NCBI GenBank assembly: GCA_965220965.1
Contig: OZ244852.1
Span: 2,368,001 to 2,432,000 of the forward strand
Origin: Candidatus Marinacidobacterium sp.
GTDB lineage: Bacteria > Acidobacteriota > Vicinamibacteria > Marinacidobacterales > Marinacidobacteraceae
Direction of reading: 5' to 3'
Length of the DNA stretch: 64,000 nt
Shown here: in pieces, positions 1-9,912 of the stretch
How the letters are laid out: each line of letters starts with the position of its first letter
Position numbering within the stretch: the stretch's first letter is position 1
Notes under the pieces: generated by a model
Databases searched by the model: none
Seen by the model: only the letters and a program-made list of their open reading frames with translations
Told to the model about the DNA's origin: nothing
Program-made: the position numbers and the translations under genes

Positions 1-1014
1 ACTCGGGAAGTCCTGCTCGGCGGCCTCGTCGTGGATCGTGCTCTGCCCGAGCACGGTGGCGGTCGTGCTCTCGGCGCCGCCTCCGATCCCGGGGATCGTC
101 ACCTGGTCGTACTTGTTCCAGGGGTACGGGACGCCGTACTCCTCCTCGAAGAAGGCCATCATCGCCGGGGTCTTGTGGAAGCTGCGGTCCGCGTCCTCCA
201 CGTCCTTCGGGTAGACCCAGTAGTTCACCGGAATGTCGCCGTGGCTGTCCTCGATCACCTCGTAGGGCCCGGCGGCGAGAACCGAGAGGTACGTCGGGTG
301 GGGCTCGTCGAGCCGCCAGTGGTGCGTCCGGGTCCCAGGACGCGGGCCCTCCTCGATACCGACGAGCCGGCCGTTCGAGAGAACTCTCCAGTCCTCGCGC
401 ACGGTGGCGAGGAGCTCGAACGTGGCCCGGTCCGAGGGGTGGTCGACCGAGGGGTACCAGTGCCGCGCGCCCTCCGGGAAGGACAGCGTGTTGATGAGCT
501 CGGGATTGGCGTCGGTGGGGGCCTTGAAGTCGAGCCCGAGGTCGTAGCTGGCGGGCATCCCGTAGCGGGTGGCGTCCACGTCGATCCCGGTCCCGCCGTA
601 GTCCACCTCGATCTCGAGTTCTTCGCCCTGGGGCAGCACCTCGGCGAGTTCGATGGCGAGCGTCCCGCCTTCGTGGCGGAAGTCGAGTTCCGCGCCCTCC
701 GCGCGAACCGCCCGCACTTCGAAGGTCTCCGCGTCGAGCGCGAGCGAGCTCAGGTCTTCCTCGGCGCGAAGCTGGATGCGCGCCGTTCCCTCGAGCCCCT
801 TCGTCGTCTCGTCGAGGTCGAGGGCGACCCGGTAGTGGAGCACGTCGAACGGCTCGTCCCGCAGCGCCCGCTCCGGATAGTGGGTGAGATCCTCGAGCGC
901 GGACTCTGCTGGGGGCGGCGGTTCGGGGGCGCAAGCCAGCGCCCCGGCGAGCGCGGCGGCGAGCAGGGCGCCCGCCAGGGGAAGCTGGCGGCGGAGGCCT
1001 TCGAGGCGGTTCAT
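1..1014 (-). CDS. M1 family aminopeptidase, probable lipoprotein (3' part runs off the window start)
   Basis: Manual translation from ATG at 1014 (ATGA overlap with the TonB receptor stop): MNRLEG...ALAC lipobox, FDVLHY, ARHWYPSVDHPSDRATF, PTYL, YPWNKYDQV, GGAES (GAMEN-like motif). Absent from the ORF track because the stop lies outside the window. Confidence 0.88.
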   Translation of the reverse strand, partial: MNRLEGLRRQLPLAGALLAAALAGALACAPEPPPPAESALEDLTHYPERALRDEPFDVLHYRVALDLDETTKGLEGTARIQLRAEEDLSSLALDAETFEVRAVRAEGAELDFRHEGGTLAIELAEVLPQGEELEIEVDYGGTGIDVDATRYGMPASYDLGLDFKAPTDANPELINTLSFPEGARHWYPSVDHPSDRATFELLATVREDWRVLSNGRLVGIEEGPRPGTRTHHWRLDEPHPTYLSVLAAGPYEVIEDSHGDIPVNYWVYPKDVEDADRSFHKTPAMMAFFEEEYGVPYPWNKYDQVTIPGIGGGAESTTATVLGQSTIHDEAAEQDFPS

Positions 1015-2951
1015 CGGGAGAGGTCGAAGTCCACGCCGATGTGGACCGCTCTGGGGGTGCCCAGCGTCTCGATCGGAGTGCGCGCCGAGATGATCTCGGC
1101 GTCGAGCAGGTTTTCGCCGGCGGCGAACACCGTGACCTGCGAGCTCAGCGGGAAGGCGACCCGGAGCCCCACCGAGACGAAGCTCGCCATCGGGAGCTCG
1201 TTCCGGTCGTCCTCGAACTGCTCCGACTGGAACCGGACGTCCCCGCGAACCACGGCCGGCCCGCGCCAGACGATGCCCGCCGAGCCTTGGTGGAGGGGAA
1301 CCTGGGGGATCCGCAGCCCGGTCTCCTCGACCTCGGTTGCGGATAGCAGGTAGGCGGCGAAGAACTCGAGGTCGGCGGCGGGGAACGCCCAGATCTCGGC
1401 CTCCGCGCCCCGAGCCGTCGCGCGTCCGATGTTCTGGCGCTGGCGGAAGACGCCCTGGTCGTTCACTTCGAGCGTTACGTTCCCCACCGTGTCGCGCAGC
1501 GAATTCCACCAGCCGTTGGCGCGCACCATCCAGCGGGCGTCGGGGTGGAAGTCCACGCCGGCCTCGGCGCCGTAGAGCGTCTCCTCGCCGAGCGCATCGT
1601 TCGCCGCGACCCGGACATTCCCCACCCGGAACGGCCGGTAGAGCTCGTTCAGCGAGGGCGCGCGGAACCCGCGGTAGGCGGAGGCGCGCAGCGTGGCTGC
1701 GGAGGACGCCCGGTAGCGAAGCCCGAGGCGGGGGTTCACGCTCGCCTTCGTCCCGGCGTTCTCCCACAAGTCGAGCCGGCCGTCGGCGGTGAGTTCGAGG
1801 TTGGTCGCGAGCTCGAGCCGCTGCTGGACGAATGCGCCCAGCCGGTTCTGGATGTGCTCGTCCCACGAGGACCGGATCCAGTCGGCGCCGGCCTGGAGCC
1901 CTTCGCCGAGCCGGGCCGAGAACGACCCGCCCAGACCCGAGTACTCGTACATCTGCTGCGAGGTGGGGATCTCGCGGTCCCGCCCGGCCAGGATCCGGGA
2001 GAAGTCGCTGTTCAGGCGCGAACTCTGGCCAAAGGCGCGCAGGTCCCAGCGGTCCCCGGTGACGCCGCCCTCCACGAAGACCATGCGCGAGTCGTTCACC
2101 TGGATGGGCGTGCCGTTCCGGCGATCCTCGGAGTAGTAGTTGACCGCCACGTGAGCCCGGCCGGCGGTCGCGCGGCCCACCAGCGAGCTGAAGTCCACCC
2201 CGGCTGGCTCGTCGACCGCGCCCCGCTCCGCTTCCCGGATGCGGTGGTAACCGTCGCTGTTCAGGATCCGGGCCGCGCCGATGACGGAAACGTCCCCGGC
2301 CGAGTGCGAGGCGAGCACCTCGCCGTCACGGATGCCGAAGCTCCCGAACCGGCCCCGCGCGCGGAGAACCCCCGGCTCCGGCTGGCGGGAAAGCAACTGG
2401 ATCGTGCCTCCGAGCGCCGAGCTCCCGTAGAGCGGGCTGGCGGCGCCGCGGGCGACCTCGGCGCGGTCCAGATAGAGCGTCGGCAGCCGGTTCCAGTACA
2501 CCCAGTTCCCGAACGGGTCGTTCATCGGGACGCCGTCCCACAGGACGAGCGTGCGGCTCGCCCCGCTGGGCCCGATCCCGCGCAGGGAGACGCCGGTCGT
2601 CGTGGGATGGGAGATGAAGCTGGTGTTCCGGCGGAAGAGGCCGAACCCCGGAACCCGGGAGAGCGCCTCGTCCATGAGCATCCCGGGAGACTCGGCGAGC
2701 GCCTCGCCGCTCACCGGGGTCACGAACGCGGCGGCGTCGCGGAGCGGTTCCTCGTTGCGGCTCGCGGTGACGACGACCGTCTCGGAGTGCGCCGGGCGGG
2801 CGTCTTCCTCGTCCTCCGATGCTTCGTCCTGGACTCTCTCTTCCGGATCGTCCTCGGCAGAGAGAGCCGGCGATGGCGCCAGCATGACCGCGAGGAGCGG
2901 CAGCGCCAGAAGGGCGCGCGCCGCCCGGACCCGAAGGGGGGGTGTCGTCAT
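1011..2951 (-). CDS. TonB-dependent outer-membrane receptor
   Basis: Signal peptide, TonB box ETVVVTASR, plug motifs (LRGIG, LVLWDGVP, EVARGAASPLYGSSALGG), FRAPSLNELY, ENLLD, terminal beta strand. Start placed at MTTPP (2951); the ORF track extends to 2987. Confidence 0.9.
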   Translation of the reverse strand: MTTPPLRVRAARALLALPLLAVMLAPSPALSAEDDPEERVQDEASEDEEDARPAHSETVVVTASRNEEPLRDAAAFVTPVSGEALAESPGMLMDEALSRVPGFGLFRRNTSFISHPTTTGVSLRGIGPSGASRTLVLWDGVPMNDPFGNWVYWNRLPTLYLDRAEVARGAASPLYGSSALGGTIQLLSRQPEPGVLRARGRFGSFGIRDGEVLASHSAGDVSVIGAARILNSDGYHRIREAERGAVDEPAGVDFSSLVGRATAGRAHVAVNYYSEDRRNGTPIQVNDSRMVFVEGGVTGDRWDLRAFGQSSRLNSDFSRILAGRDREIPTSQQMYEYSGLGGSFSARLGEGLQAGADWIRSSWDEHIQNRLGAFVQQRLELATNLELTADGRLDLWENAGTKASVNPRLGLRYRASSAATLRASAYRGFRAPSLNELYRPFRVGNVRVAANDALGEETLYGAEAGVDFHPDARWMVRANGWWNSLRDTVGNVTLEVNDQGVFRQRQNIGRATARGAEAEIWAFPAADLEFFAAYLLSATEVEETGLRIPQVPLHQGSAGIVWRGPAVVRGDVRFQSEQFEDDRNELPMASFVSVGLRVAFPLSSQVTVFAAGENLLDAEIISARTPIETLGTPRAVHIGVDFDLSR

Positions 2952-3036
2952 TGCGAAGCAGGATATATCGGGCGGAATCGGCTCCAACCCGACGAGGAAC
3001 CGGTCCGCGAGGCCCCGACCAACTTTCGCGGGAACC

Positions 3037-3668
3037 TCAACCGTTCCGGGGTTGCTTCCAGAGCCGGACTACGAACCGGTCGTCGTCTTCCTCCAGGTCC
3101 GGCTCCGTTCCGTTGTGGCGCCGCATGGAAGCGATGATCCGGTTGCGAACGCCCATGCCGAAGTGCTCGATGTAGCCGTAGTCCCGAAGGATCTCCTTGA
3201 GCAGCTCGTTGCGCGCCACCCGGACGACGCCCTCCCGCATCTTGTCGACGGTGACGCCGTTCGGAAGCCGGCCAGGGGAAATCACCTCGAGCCGGTCCCC
3301 ATAGATCGACACCTCGATATCCGTTCCCTCGCGCGCGTCCGTGTCGTACCCCTTCTCTTCCCCGGAGAACGCCACCGCGGTCACGCCCGCCTGCGGCAGG
3401 CGACGGTTCGGGTTGTCCCCAAACAGCAACAGGCCCGCGACCGAAGCGCGCGGATCGCCGGACGACCCGACGAGCAGGTCCGAGTTGAACAGGAGGCGGC
3501 GCCAACTCTCGCCGTGTCCCGCGCCGGCGCGGAGCGCTTCAGCACGTCCCGGTAGTAGTTCTCCACACGGTCCATGGCGAAACTCCTGGGGCCGGTGTCC
3601 TGAACACCGCGAGGCTCGTACCGGATGAGAAGGGGAGCCTGAGGCTCGAGCGATTCGGCCAAGTTCAT
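3037..3668 (-). pseudogene. Degraded AlbA_2/HATPase_c_4 (RecG-C-like) DNA-binding protein remnant
   Basis: C-terminal motifs DRLEVISPGRLPNG, ARNELL, IEHFGMGV and AGLLLFG are recognisable. The reading frame shifts near 3515, the N-terminal AlbA domain is absent, and the REAxxNAxxHRDY segment is missing. Confidence 0.7.
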
Positions 3669-4444
3669 GGCGCCGGATCCTTCCCGGAATGCTCGGGCGC
3701 GGTCCGCGATCCGAACTGGTCGATGAACCGCCGGATGAGGTCGTCGGCGCCGAGCGGAGGGATCGCGGCGCGGAGCGCCTCGAGATCGGGATACCCGGTG
3801 AGCGCGATGTAGCGGGGATAGTTCGCGAGCCGGGCGATCAGGTCCTCTCTCCCGAGCTCCGGGTGGAACTGGGTCCCGTAGATCGGCCGGTCGCGGAACC
3901 GGAAGGCCTGGTTCTCGACCGCCTCTGTGGAGGCCAGACAGACGGCGCCGTCCGGGAGCCGCGTCACGGTGTCCTCGTGGCCGATCACGGCGGGGAACCG
4001 GTCGCCGGCCCCGCCGAACACCGGGTCCCGACGGCCCGCATCGGTGAGCCGGAGTTCGCGGAAGCCGACCTCCACGTAGCGGCGCTCCTGGACGACTTCC
4101 CCGCCGAGCGCCCGCGCCAGCGCCTGGAACCCCCAGCAGGACCCGAACGTGGGCCCGGCGCGCTCGTAGAGCCGCTCCATCGTGTGCTGGACATCGTCGT
4201 TCCAGTGCCGCACGACCGAGTAATCGCCGCTGCCGCCGATGAACACGAGTTCGGCCTCGTCCAGAAGCGCCTCCGGGGGGCGTCCCCGGACGAGACTGAA
4301 GACGGCGAGCTCCCGTTCGGGAATCCCGAGGAACCCGGCGAAGACCCGGCGTTCCTGCGGCCCCATCGGGTCGTCCGGCTCGCGCGCCTGAAGGAGCAGA
4401 CAGCGCGGCCCGGAGTCCGCCTGGTCCGGCGACAGCCTCGTCAT
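3665..4444 (-). CDS. Class I glutamine amidotransferase (GMP-synthase GATase-like)
   Basis: GGSG, GSCWGFQ nucleophile elbow and QFHPE catalytic His-Glu. Start chosen at MTRLSP. Confidence 0.85.
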   Translation of the reverse strand: MTRLSPDQADSGPRCLLLQAREPDDPMGPQERRVFAGFLGIPERELAVFSLVRGRPPEALLDEAELVFIGGSGDYSVVRHWNDDVQHTMERLYERAGPTFGSCWGFQALARALGGEVVQERRYVEVGFRELRLTDAGRRDPVFGGAGDRFPAVIGHEDTVTRLPDGAVCLASTEAVENQAFRFRDRPIYGTQFHPELGREDLIARLANYPRYIALTGYPDLEALRAAIPPLGADDLIRRFIDQFGSRTAPEHSGKDPAP

Positions 4445-4520
4445 GGAACGCAGCGGCCGACCCCGGCCCTTGGCCGCACCCATCCGGCGCGACGCGCCGC
4501 CCCGGGTCGCCGAGGCCTGA

Positions 4521-5210
4521 CTATAGACGGCGCAGGACGGAGCTCTGGAGTTCCTCCCGCCAGACGAGCTTCACCCCGGCGGCGGTGATCTCGTGCCGTT
4601 GCTCCGAGCCCTCGACGAAGCGGCTCCCGCTCCCGACGATGAGCCTGGTCCGGTCGCCCTCCCCTTCGAGATGAAAGCGGAACAACCCGCCGGTTCCCAG
4701 CGCCCGGAACCACATGACGGGTTCCGACAGCTCGAGCAGGGGCTCGAGTTCCGGCAGACGGAGACGATGACGCCGGAGCAGGTCGTCGCTCGCCCGGTCG
4801 CGGATCAGGTCATGGAAGCGCCGCTGGAGCGCCAGCAGCAGCGGAAGGGAAACCTCGTGGCGCACCTTCGGCGTCAGCACGGAGACGAGGTGGGAGTGTT
4901 CGCGCCGCTGGGCCACCTCGAGCGCGCGCTCGCCGCGCGCGGTCCGGAGCATCCGCCAGGCCCCCCGGGAGACGAGCCCCTCGGCCACATCCGCCGGGGC
5001 GCCATGCCACGCCGCCTGGTGGAGAGGCGCGTACCAGGAGGCGCCGCCCGGCCGAGGCCAGTTCACCCCCTCCGGCTCCTCGTCGAGCAGCCGGAAGACC
5101 CGGGACCAGTCGGCGTCCCGGGCGGCGTCGGCGAGAGCCTGCCCCCGCTCCCCGCGATGCCTCGGGTCCGTGATCCCGGGCCAGGATGGAATGACCGGGT
5201 TGTTTGCCAT
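4521..5210 (-). CDS. Ankyrin-repeat-containing protein
   Basis: YAPLHQAAWHGA...LVSRGA...RTARGERALEVA ankyrin-like repeat; C-terminal domain of unknown function. Confidence 0.7.
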   Translation of the reverse strand: MANNPVIPSWPGITDPRHRGERGQALADAARDADWSRVFRLLDEEPEGVNWPRPGGASWYAPLHQAAWHGAPADVAEGLVSRGAWRMLRTARGERALEVAQRREHSHLVSVLTPKVRHEVSLPLLLALQRRFHDLIRDRASDDLLRRHRLRLPELEPLLELSEPVMWFRALGTGGLFRFHLEGEGDRTRLIVGSGSRFVEGSEQRHEITAAGVKLVWREELQSSVLRRL

Positions 5211-5292
5211 GACGACACAGATGCTGGCGCCACCACCGGACAGGAGCCGTCACACCTACGGCGGCCGGACGCATGGCGCCGGCGCCGGACCT

Positions 5293-6807
5293 CTACTCCG
5301 AGGTGTAGCGCCCGAGCAGCGCCTTGCCGGGGTAGACGCCCTCGATCAGCGATCCGTCGCGGACGACCGGAACGCCGTCCACGATGACGTGGGCGACGCC
5401 TTCGGAGTAGGTCAGGTCGTCCTCGAAGTTCGCCGTGTCGATGATGGTGTCGGGGTCGAAGACGGTGATGTCGGCGATCGCGCCGATCTGGATCCGCCCC
5501 TTGCGGCGCATGATCGGGGCGATTTCCTGGAGCCGCTCGGCGGGCATGAGGGTCATCTTGCGGATGGCCTCCTTCAGCGTCAGGACGCGCTGATCCCGCA
5601 CGTAGCGCCCGAGGACGCGGGAGAAGGTTCCCGCCGTCCGGGGGTGCGCCCCCGGGGCGTAGGGCATCCCGTCGGAAGCCACGATCACCAGCGGGTCCCG
5701 CATCGCCATCTCGATGAACTCGGGCTTCATCATGTGCATGATCACGGTGCCGCCCTCGGCGTGGAACAACTCGAAGGTCTCCTGCGTGAGGCGCTCGCCG
5801 GTGTCCTGCCACTGGATGTCGCCGTAGGTCATCCCGAGCTTCTCCTGCCAGCCCTCGTCGAAGATGGCCGACGAGATCCCGGTGGACGCCGCGGTGTAGG
5901 GATACGCCTCGGTCGTGACGTCCACGCCCGCCGCGCGCGCCCCGCGGATCAGTCCCAAGGTGACCGGGAGGTGGTGGAGGCTCGAACTGTTCAGGTGGAC
6001 GATGTGGAGCGGCGCTCCGGTGGCGGTCGCGTTGGCGATGACCTCCTGGATCGCCGAAACAGCCATGTCCCGGACGTGCGTATAGATCGGGACATCGAGC
6101 TCGGCCGCCAGCTCGAAGATCCGGTAGATCTCGGTGTGCGTCGCGCCCGGGTAGTACTGGTGCGGCATCCCGATCCCGAGCCCTCCGGCGCGGAGCTCGG
6201 CGGTGATCGCCTCGCGCAGGGCCTCGAGCCCCTCGGGCGTCACCTCGGCGTAGTTGGCCGTCCGGAGGAGCTGGGCGTGTTCGAGGACGAGTTCCGCCCC
6301 GGTGCTCTCGGCGTCGAGGAGTTCGGCGGCCTGCTCCGCCACCCCGGGGATCCCAAGCAGCCGGAGCCCGCCGTGGGAAACCGAGGCCCCGTAGTGGACG
6401 ATCGCGTTGCCGGCCCGGCTCTCGACGAAGCGGGCGACCCGGGGGACGCCTCCCTCGAGCTCGAGCGCCGTCGTCACGCCGTCCATCGCCTGGAAGCGGT
6501 TCGCCTCGACGGACTGGCCGTGCACATGGAGATCGATGAAGCCCGGGCTCACGACGTGGTCGGAAGCGTCCAGCAGCGCGCCCCCCTGCTTCAGCCGGTT
6601 CGTGAGGACTTCGCGCGAAATCGCCACGATCTCGTTCCGCACGACGCCAACGTCACGGACGGCGTCGAGCCCGGTCTCCGGGTCGATGACCCGTCCCCCG
6701 GTGATCACGAGGTCGAGATCCCGCTCCTGGGCGGCGGCGCTGGCGAACGCGAATCCGGCCAAGACGACGGAGAGGGCGAGCGAAAGGCGAAGTCTCGGGG
6801 CGAACAT
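5293..6807 (-). CDS. Amidohydrolase, N-acyl-D-amino-acid deacylase / D-glutamate deacylase-like, secreted
   Basis: GGRVIDPETG, PGFIDLHVH, DGVTTALELE, ASDG, HPRTAGTF, KGRIQIGAIADITVFDP. SD AAGGAGG precedes ATG 6807; signal peptide. Confidence 0.85.
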   Translation of the reverse strand: MFAPRLRLSLALSVVLAGFAFASAAAQERDLDLVITGGRVIDPETGLDAVRDVGVVRNEIVAISREVLTNRLKQGGALLDASDHVVSPGFIDLHVHGQSVEANRFQAMDGVTTALELEGGVPRVARFVESRAGNAIVHYGASVSHGGLRLLGIPGVAEQAAELLDAESTGAELVLEHAQLLRTANYAEVTPEGLEALREAITAELRAGGLGIGMPHQYYPGATHTEIYRIFELAAELDVPIYTHVRDMAVSAIQEVIANATATGAPLHIVHLNSSSLHHLPVTLGLIRGARAAGVDVTTEAYPYTAASTGISSAIFDEGWQEKLGMTYGDIQWQDTGERLTQETFELFHAEGGTVIMHMMKPEFIEMAMRDPLVIVASDGMPYAPGAHPRTAGTFSRVLGRYVRDQRVLTLKEAIRKMTLMPAERLQEIAPIMRRKGRIQIGAIADITVFDPDTIIDTANFEDDLTYSEGVAHVIVDGVPVVRDGSLIEGVYPGKALLGRYTSE

Positions 6808-6904
6808 GGGGCGGGCCTCCTTCATCAGCGGGACGGAACCGGCCGATTCTCCCAGATTCATCGGGACGGTCGGGCCAGTCGCGGCGGCTGAACCGCCGCC
6901 CGCG

Positions 6905-8680
6905 TCAGCGGGGGATGACCGGGAGGATGACCCGCGAGGGGTGGGCGGCGTCGTGGTAGACCGTGTTCGTCGCGACGATCCCGGGACGGTCCTCCATCAT
7001 CTCCTTCCCGGTGTTGCCGTTGGGGTACCACTTGGGGAAGCTGGAGCTGGTGACCGAAAGCCGGATGCGCTGGCCGGGCTGGAAGACGTTCGACACCGGG
7101 TAGAGCTCGATCTCGTAGGGGACGATCTCTCCGGGGGTCAGCAGGGCCGGCGCCTCGTCGCCCTCGCGGTAGCGGGCCCGGAGGATCATCTGGCGGAGCA
7201 ACTGGGAGTAGCCCGATGCGTGGACCGCGGTCAGGGTGACGACCCAGTCGGTGTCCACCGCCGAGGACGCGGCGTACATCTGGACCCGCGGGAAGCCGGT
7301 GACCTCGAGGGGCGCCTCCAGCGGATCCGAGGTGAAGGTGAGGCTCAGGCGGTCCGCCGCCCGGTGGTCCTGCGCCCCTCGGGGCGCGACGAAGAGATCC
7401 CCGCCGATCGTGCGGACCGGGCGCGCCGGGTCGTACTCGTAGGAGGTCGGCGGTTCGTCCGCCTCGGGCGTCTCGGGGGTGAGCCGACCGTCGTTCAGCG
7501 AGTCCGCCGAACCACTTCGGCCCCCGCGGAAGTACCAGCTCCGCTCTTCCTGGCGAGCGAGGGGGAACTCCTGTTCGTCCCGCCAGACGTTGTCCCCCAT
7601 CACGTAGAGGCGGACCGGCGGCTCCTCCATGATCCCGTTGTCGTGCCCCTTGAGGTGGTGGTCGAACCACCGCAGCCGGAGCGCGAGATGGTCCAGCGTC
7701 GAGCCGGGGAAGCTCAGGTCGCCCACCCGATCGTCCGCGGTGGGCGGCCAGCCGTGGATCCAGGGGCCGACGATCAGCTTCTGCCGGCCGCGGGCCCGCG
7801 GACCGCCGACCTGGCCGATCCGGTCGAAGTGGCGCACCGTCCCATGGATGTGGCGGTCGTACCAGCCGCCGAGGTGGTAGACCGGAACGTCGAAGTCCTC
7901 GTAACGCTCGTCCACCGCGAGCGCCCGCCAGTAGTCGTTGTAGTACGGGTTCCCGACGAGGTCGTTGTACATGTCCGAGAACATGCTCGCGGTGAAGTCG
8001 TCGCCGACTTCGGTGTGTTCGTCGTACCAGGAGAACCAGGAGTCCGCCGTACCCAGGTAGCCGCGGTGGCCGGGAGCGTTGGCGCGGAGCGGTTTGACCA
8101 TCTCGCGCTGCGTGAGCAGCCAGGTCGGCAGCACCATGTGGAGCGCCCCGCCCTGCCAGAAAATGTCGCGGTAGCTGTTCGCGGCGTACTGCGAACAGAA
8201 CATCGCCTCGAGATGCGGCGGTCGGGTGGGGGCGGTCAGGAGCTGGTTCGCGCAGGTGAACGAGAGGCCGTGGGACCCCACCTTGCCGGTCGACGCCGGA
8301 TGCCGGGCGGCCCACTCGATCGTGTCGTGGCCGTCTTGCCGCTCGCCCCACGCCTGGTCGCGAAGCCAGGTGTACTCCCCCTCCGACCGGTAACGACCCC
8401 GTTCGTCCTGGACCATCGCGATGTAGCCGCGGGCCGCGAAGTACTCGGCGGCGCGGTTCGCGCAATCCCCCTTGTTGTAAGGCGTCCGCTCGACGAGGAC
8501 CGGAAACGGGCCGGGGCCTTGCCCCCGCGGGAGGTAGACGTCGGTCGCGAGCCGGACGCCGTCGCGCATCGGCGCCATGACCTCCTCGCAGGTCCACGAC
8601 TGCGCCCCCGCGACCGCGGGCAAGGCGAGGGTGAACAGCGCGGCGCGCCAGAACCAGGGGCGGGAGAACCGGGACAACAT
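6905..8680 (-). CDS. CocE/NonD family (S15 peptidase) hydrolase, secreted
   Basis: MRDGVRLATDVY, RTPY, QDERGRYRSEG, GLSF nucleophile, GGWYD, GPWIH, SSSFP. SD AAGGAG precedes ATG 8680. The ORF-track extension to 8836 runs into the tRNA. Confidence 0.9.
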   Translation of the reverse strand: MLSRFSRPWFWRAALFTLALPAVAGAQSWTCEEVMAPMRDGVRLATDVYLPRGQGPGPFPVLVERTPYNKGDCANRAAEYFAARGYIAMVQDERGRYRSEGEYTWLRDQAWGERQDGHDTIEWAARHPASTGKVGSHGLSFTCANQLLTAPTRPPHLEAMFCSQYAANSYRDIFWQGGALHMVLPTWLLTQREMVKPLRANAPGHRGYLGTADSWFSWYDEHTEVGDDFTASMFSDMYNDLVGNPYYNDYWRALAVDERYEDFDVPVYHLGGWYDRHIHGTVRHFDRIGQVGGPRARGRQKLIVGPWIHGWPPTADDRVGDLSFPGSTLDHLALRLRWFDHHLKGHDNGIMEEPPVRLYVMGDNVWRDEQEFPLARQEERSWYFRGGRSGSADSLNDGRLTPETPEADEPPTSYEYDPARPVRTIGGDLFVAPRGAQDHRAADRLSLTFTSDPLEAPLEVTGFPRVQMYAASSAVDTDWVVTLTAVHASGYSQLLRQMILRARYREGDEAPALLTPGEIVPYEIELYPVSNVFQPGQRIRLSVTSSSFPKWYPNGNTGKEMMEDRPGIVATNTVYHDAAHPSRVILPVIPR

Positions 8681-8774
8681 GAGCGGCGCCTCCTTGCGGC
8701 GGGCCGCCATGTTCCCACGGTCGGGGCCTCCGCGGCGCCAGCGCTCCGGATGGCGCTCCCGACGACGACCCGGG

Positions 8775-8850
8775 TGGCGCGCCCTGAGGGATTCGAACCC
8801 CCGGCCTACAGGTTCGTAGCCTGTTGCTCTCTCCACTGAGCTAAGGGCGC
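8775..8850 (-). tRNA. tRNA-Arg (anticodon ACG)
   Basis: Reverse complement GCGCCCTTAGCTCAGTGGAGAGAGCAACAGGCTACGAACCTGTAGGCCGGGGGTTCGAATCCCTCAGGGCGCGCCA forms a cloverleaf: anticodon arm ACAGG-CT-ACG-AA-CCTGT, TTCGAAT, CCA end. Confidence 0.97.
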
Positions 8851-8937
8851 GTGCGACGCGGGACCCAAGCCGCGCTCCCCGATGCGTGGACGGGATCGGC
8901 GGCTGCTCTTCGGCGCCGGACCCGAACGCCCTCCCGC

Positions 8938-9012
8938 TGGTACCGCTACGGGGATTCGAACCCCGGTTTGATGGCTGAGAACCACCCGTCCTAACCCCTA
9001 GACGATAGCGGC
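8938..9012 (-). tRNA. tRNA-Glu (anticodon CTC)
   Basis: Reverse complement GCCGCTATCGTCTAGGGGTTAGGACGGGTGGTTCTCAGCCATCAAACCGGGGTTCGAATCCCCGTAGCGGTACCA has anticodon loop TT-CTC-AG, a T-loop and CCA. Confidence 0.96.
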
Positions 9013-9912
9013 ATCGGCGGGAGGGACCACGGATCGTAACACGCCGTTCGCCCTTCGGCCGGTCGCGCCGCCCCCGCGCTCGATCCGGACGACGGTCCCG
9101 AGGCCCCAGTCCTGGATCGTGGGGGCCCGGAGGTCGGGGGCGCCGCGACGCCCGCCCCCCTCGGGCGTCAGGCGCACCAGAACGCGCGCCCGGGAACGCG
9201 AAGGGAGGAACCGGGCCAGCAGCAGGCCCTTTCCGAGGACGGCGTGGGGCGTCTCGAACACGACCCGGGAGGCCCCCGCCGCCGCGGCCGCGTCGAGCGC
9301 GCCTTCCGCCAGCGCCGCGGTGACGTCCACCTGCTCCGGTTCGGGAGGCGCGATCCAGTCCACGGCTTCGAGGACGCCGACGGCGGCCCAGGCGAGCGCG
9401 GCGTCCGCGACCGGAGCGCCGTCCCGCAACACCTGCGCTCCGCAGGCGCGGGGCCCGGCCGCCGTCAGTTCGCAGGCCACGCGAAAGCCTGGAACAAGTC
9501 GGACGCGGAGCCTTCGGGCGGCGGCGGACCCGAGCGGGCGCGGGATCGCCTCCAGTCCCGTCCGGGCGCGGCGACCGGGCAGCAGCGCTGCGGTCAGCGC
9601 GCGGCGCAGCCGGCCGGGCCGCACCGGGGCGGAGAAGCGGGGCAGCGGGCCGGCGTCCTCGAAACCGAGCGCCCGGAGGTCGGCGTAGAGGTCAGCCTCG
9701 ACGACCGGAAGGACGACGACCGCGTTCCCGGCGGCGCGCGCCCAGCGGGAGAGCCGCAGCAGATCGTCCCGGCGCGCCGCGCCGCCGGCGATGGCGCACG
9801 CCGTCAGAAGCTCCGCCGGTGCGTCAGGGCGCCAGCTCAGCGGCGACGCCGAGAGCGCCGGGCGTCCCGGCTCGGCGCCCCCTTCGCCCGACGAGCCGTC
9901 CCCCGCGCTCAC
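8998..9912 (-). CDS. Hypothetical protein, possibly a degenerate GNAT-like fold
   Basis: GTG at 9912 overlaps the pspC-like stop (GTGA), so operonic position. LYADLRALGF resembles a GNAT motif; no secure family. The 3' end overlaps tRNA-Glu by 15 nt. Confidence 0.5.
   Translation of the reverse strand: MSAGDGSSGEGGAEPGRPALSASPLSWRPDAPAELLTACAIAGGAARRDDLLRLSRWARAAGNAVVVLPVVEADLYADLRALGFEDAGPLPRFSAPVRPGRLRRALTAALLPGRRARTGLEAIPRPLGSAAARRLRVRLVPGFRVACELTAAGPRACGAQVLRDGAPVADAALAWAAVGVLEAVDWIAPPEPEQVDVTAALAEGALDAAAAAGASRVVFETPHAVLGKGLLLARFLPSRSRARVLVRLTPEGGGRRGAPDLRAPTIQDWGLGTVVRIERGGGATGRRANGVLRSVVPPADAAIV

Noticed and set aside
3665-4444. GATase as the missing glutaminase partner of the SIS-only GlmS-like protein
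   Set aside because: It is a class I (triad) enzyme, whereas GlmS uses a class II Ntn domain, and it lies about 11 kb away in an unrelated context.
8775-9012. tRNA genes as integration sites for a mobile element
   Set aside because: No integrase nearby and no duplicated tRNA 3' end noticed in the window.
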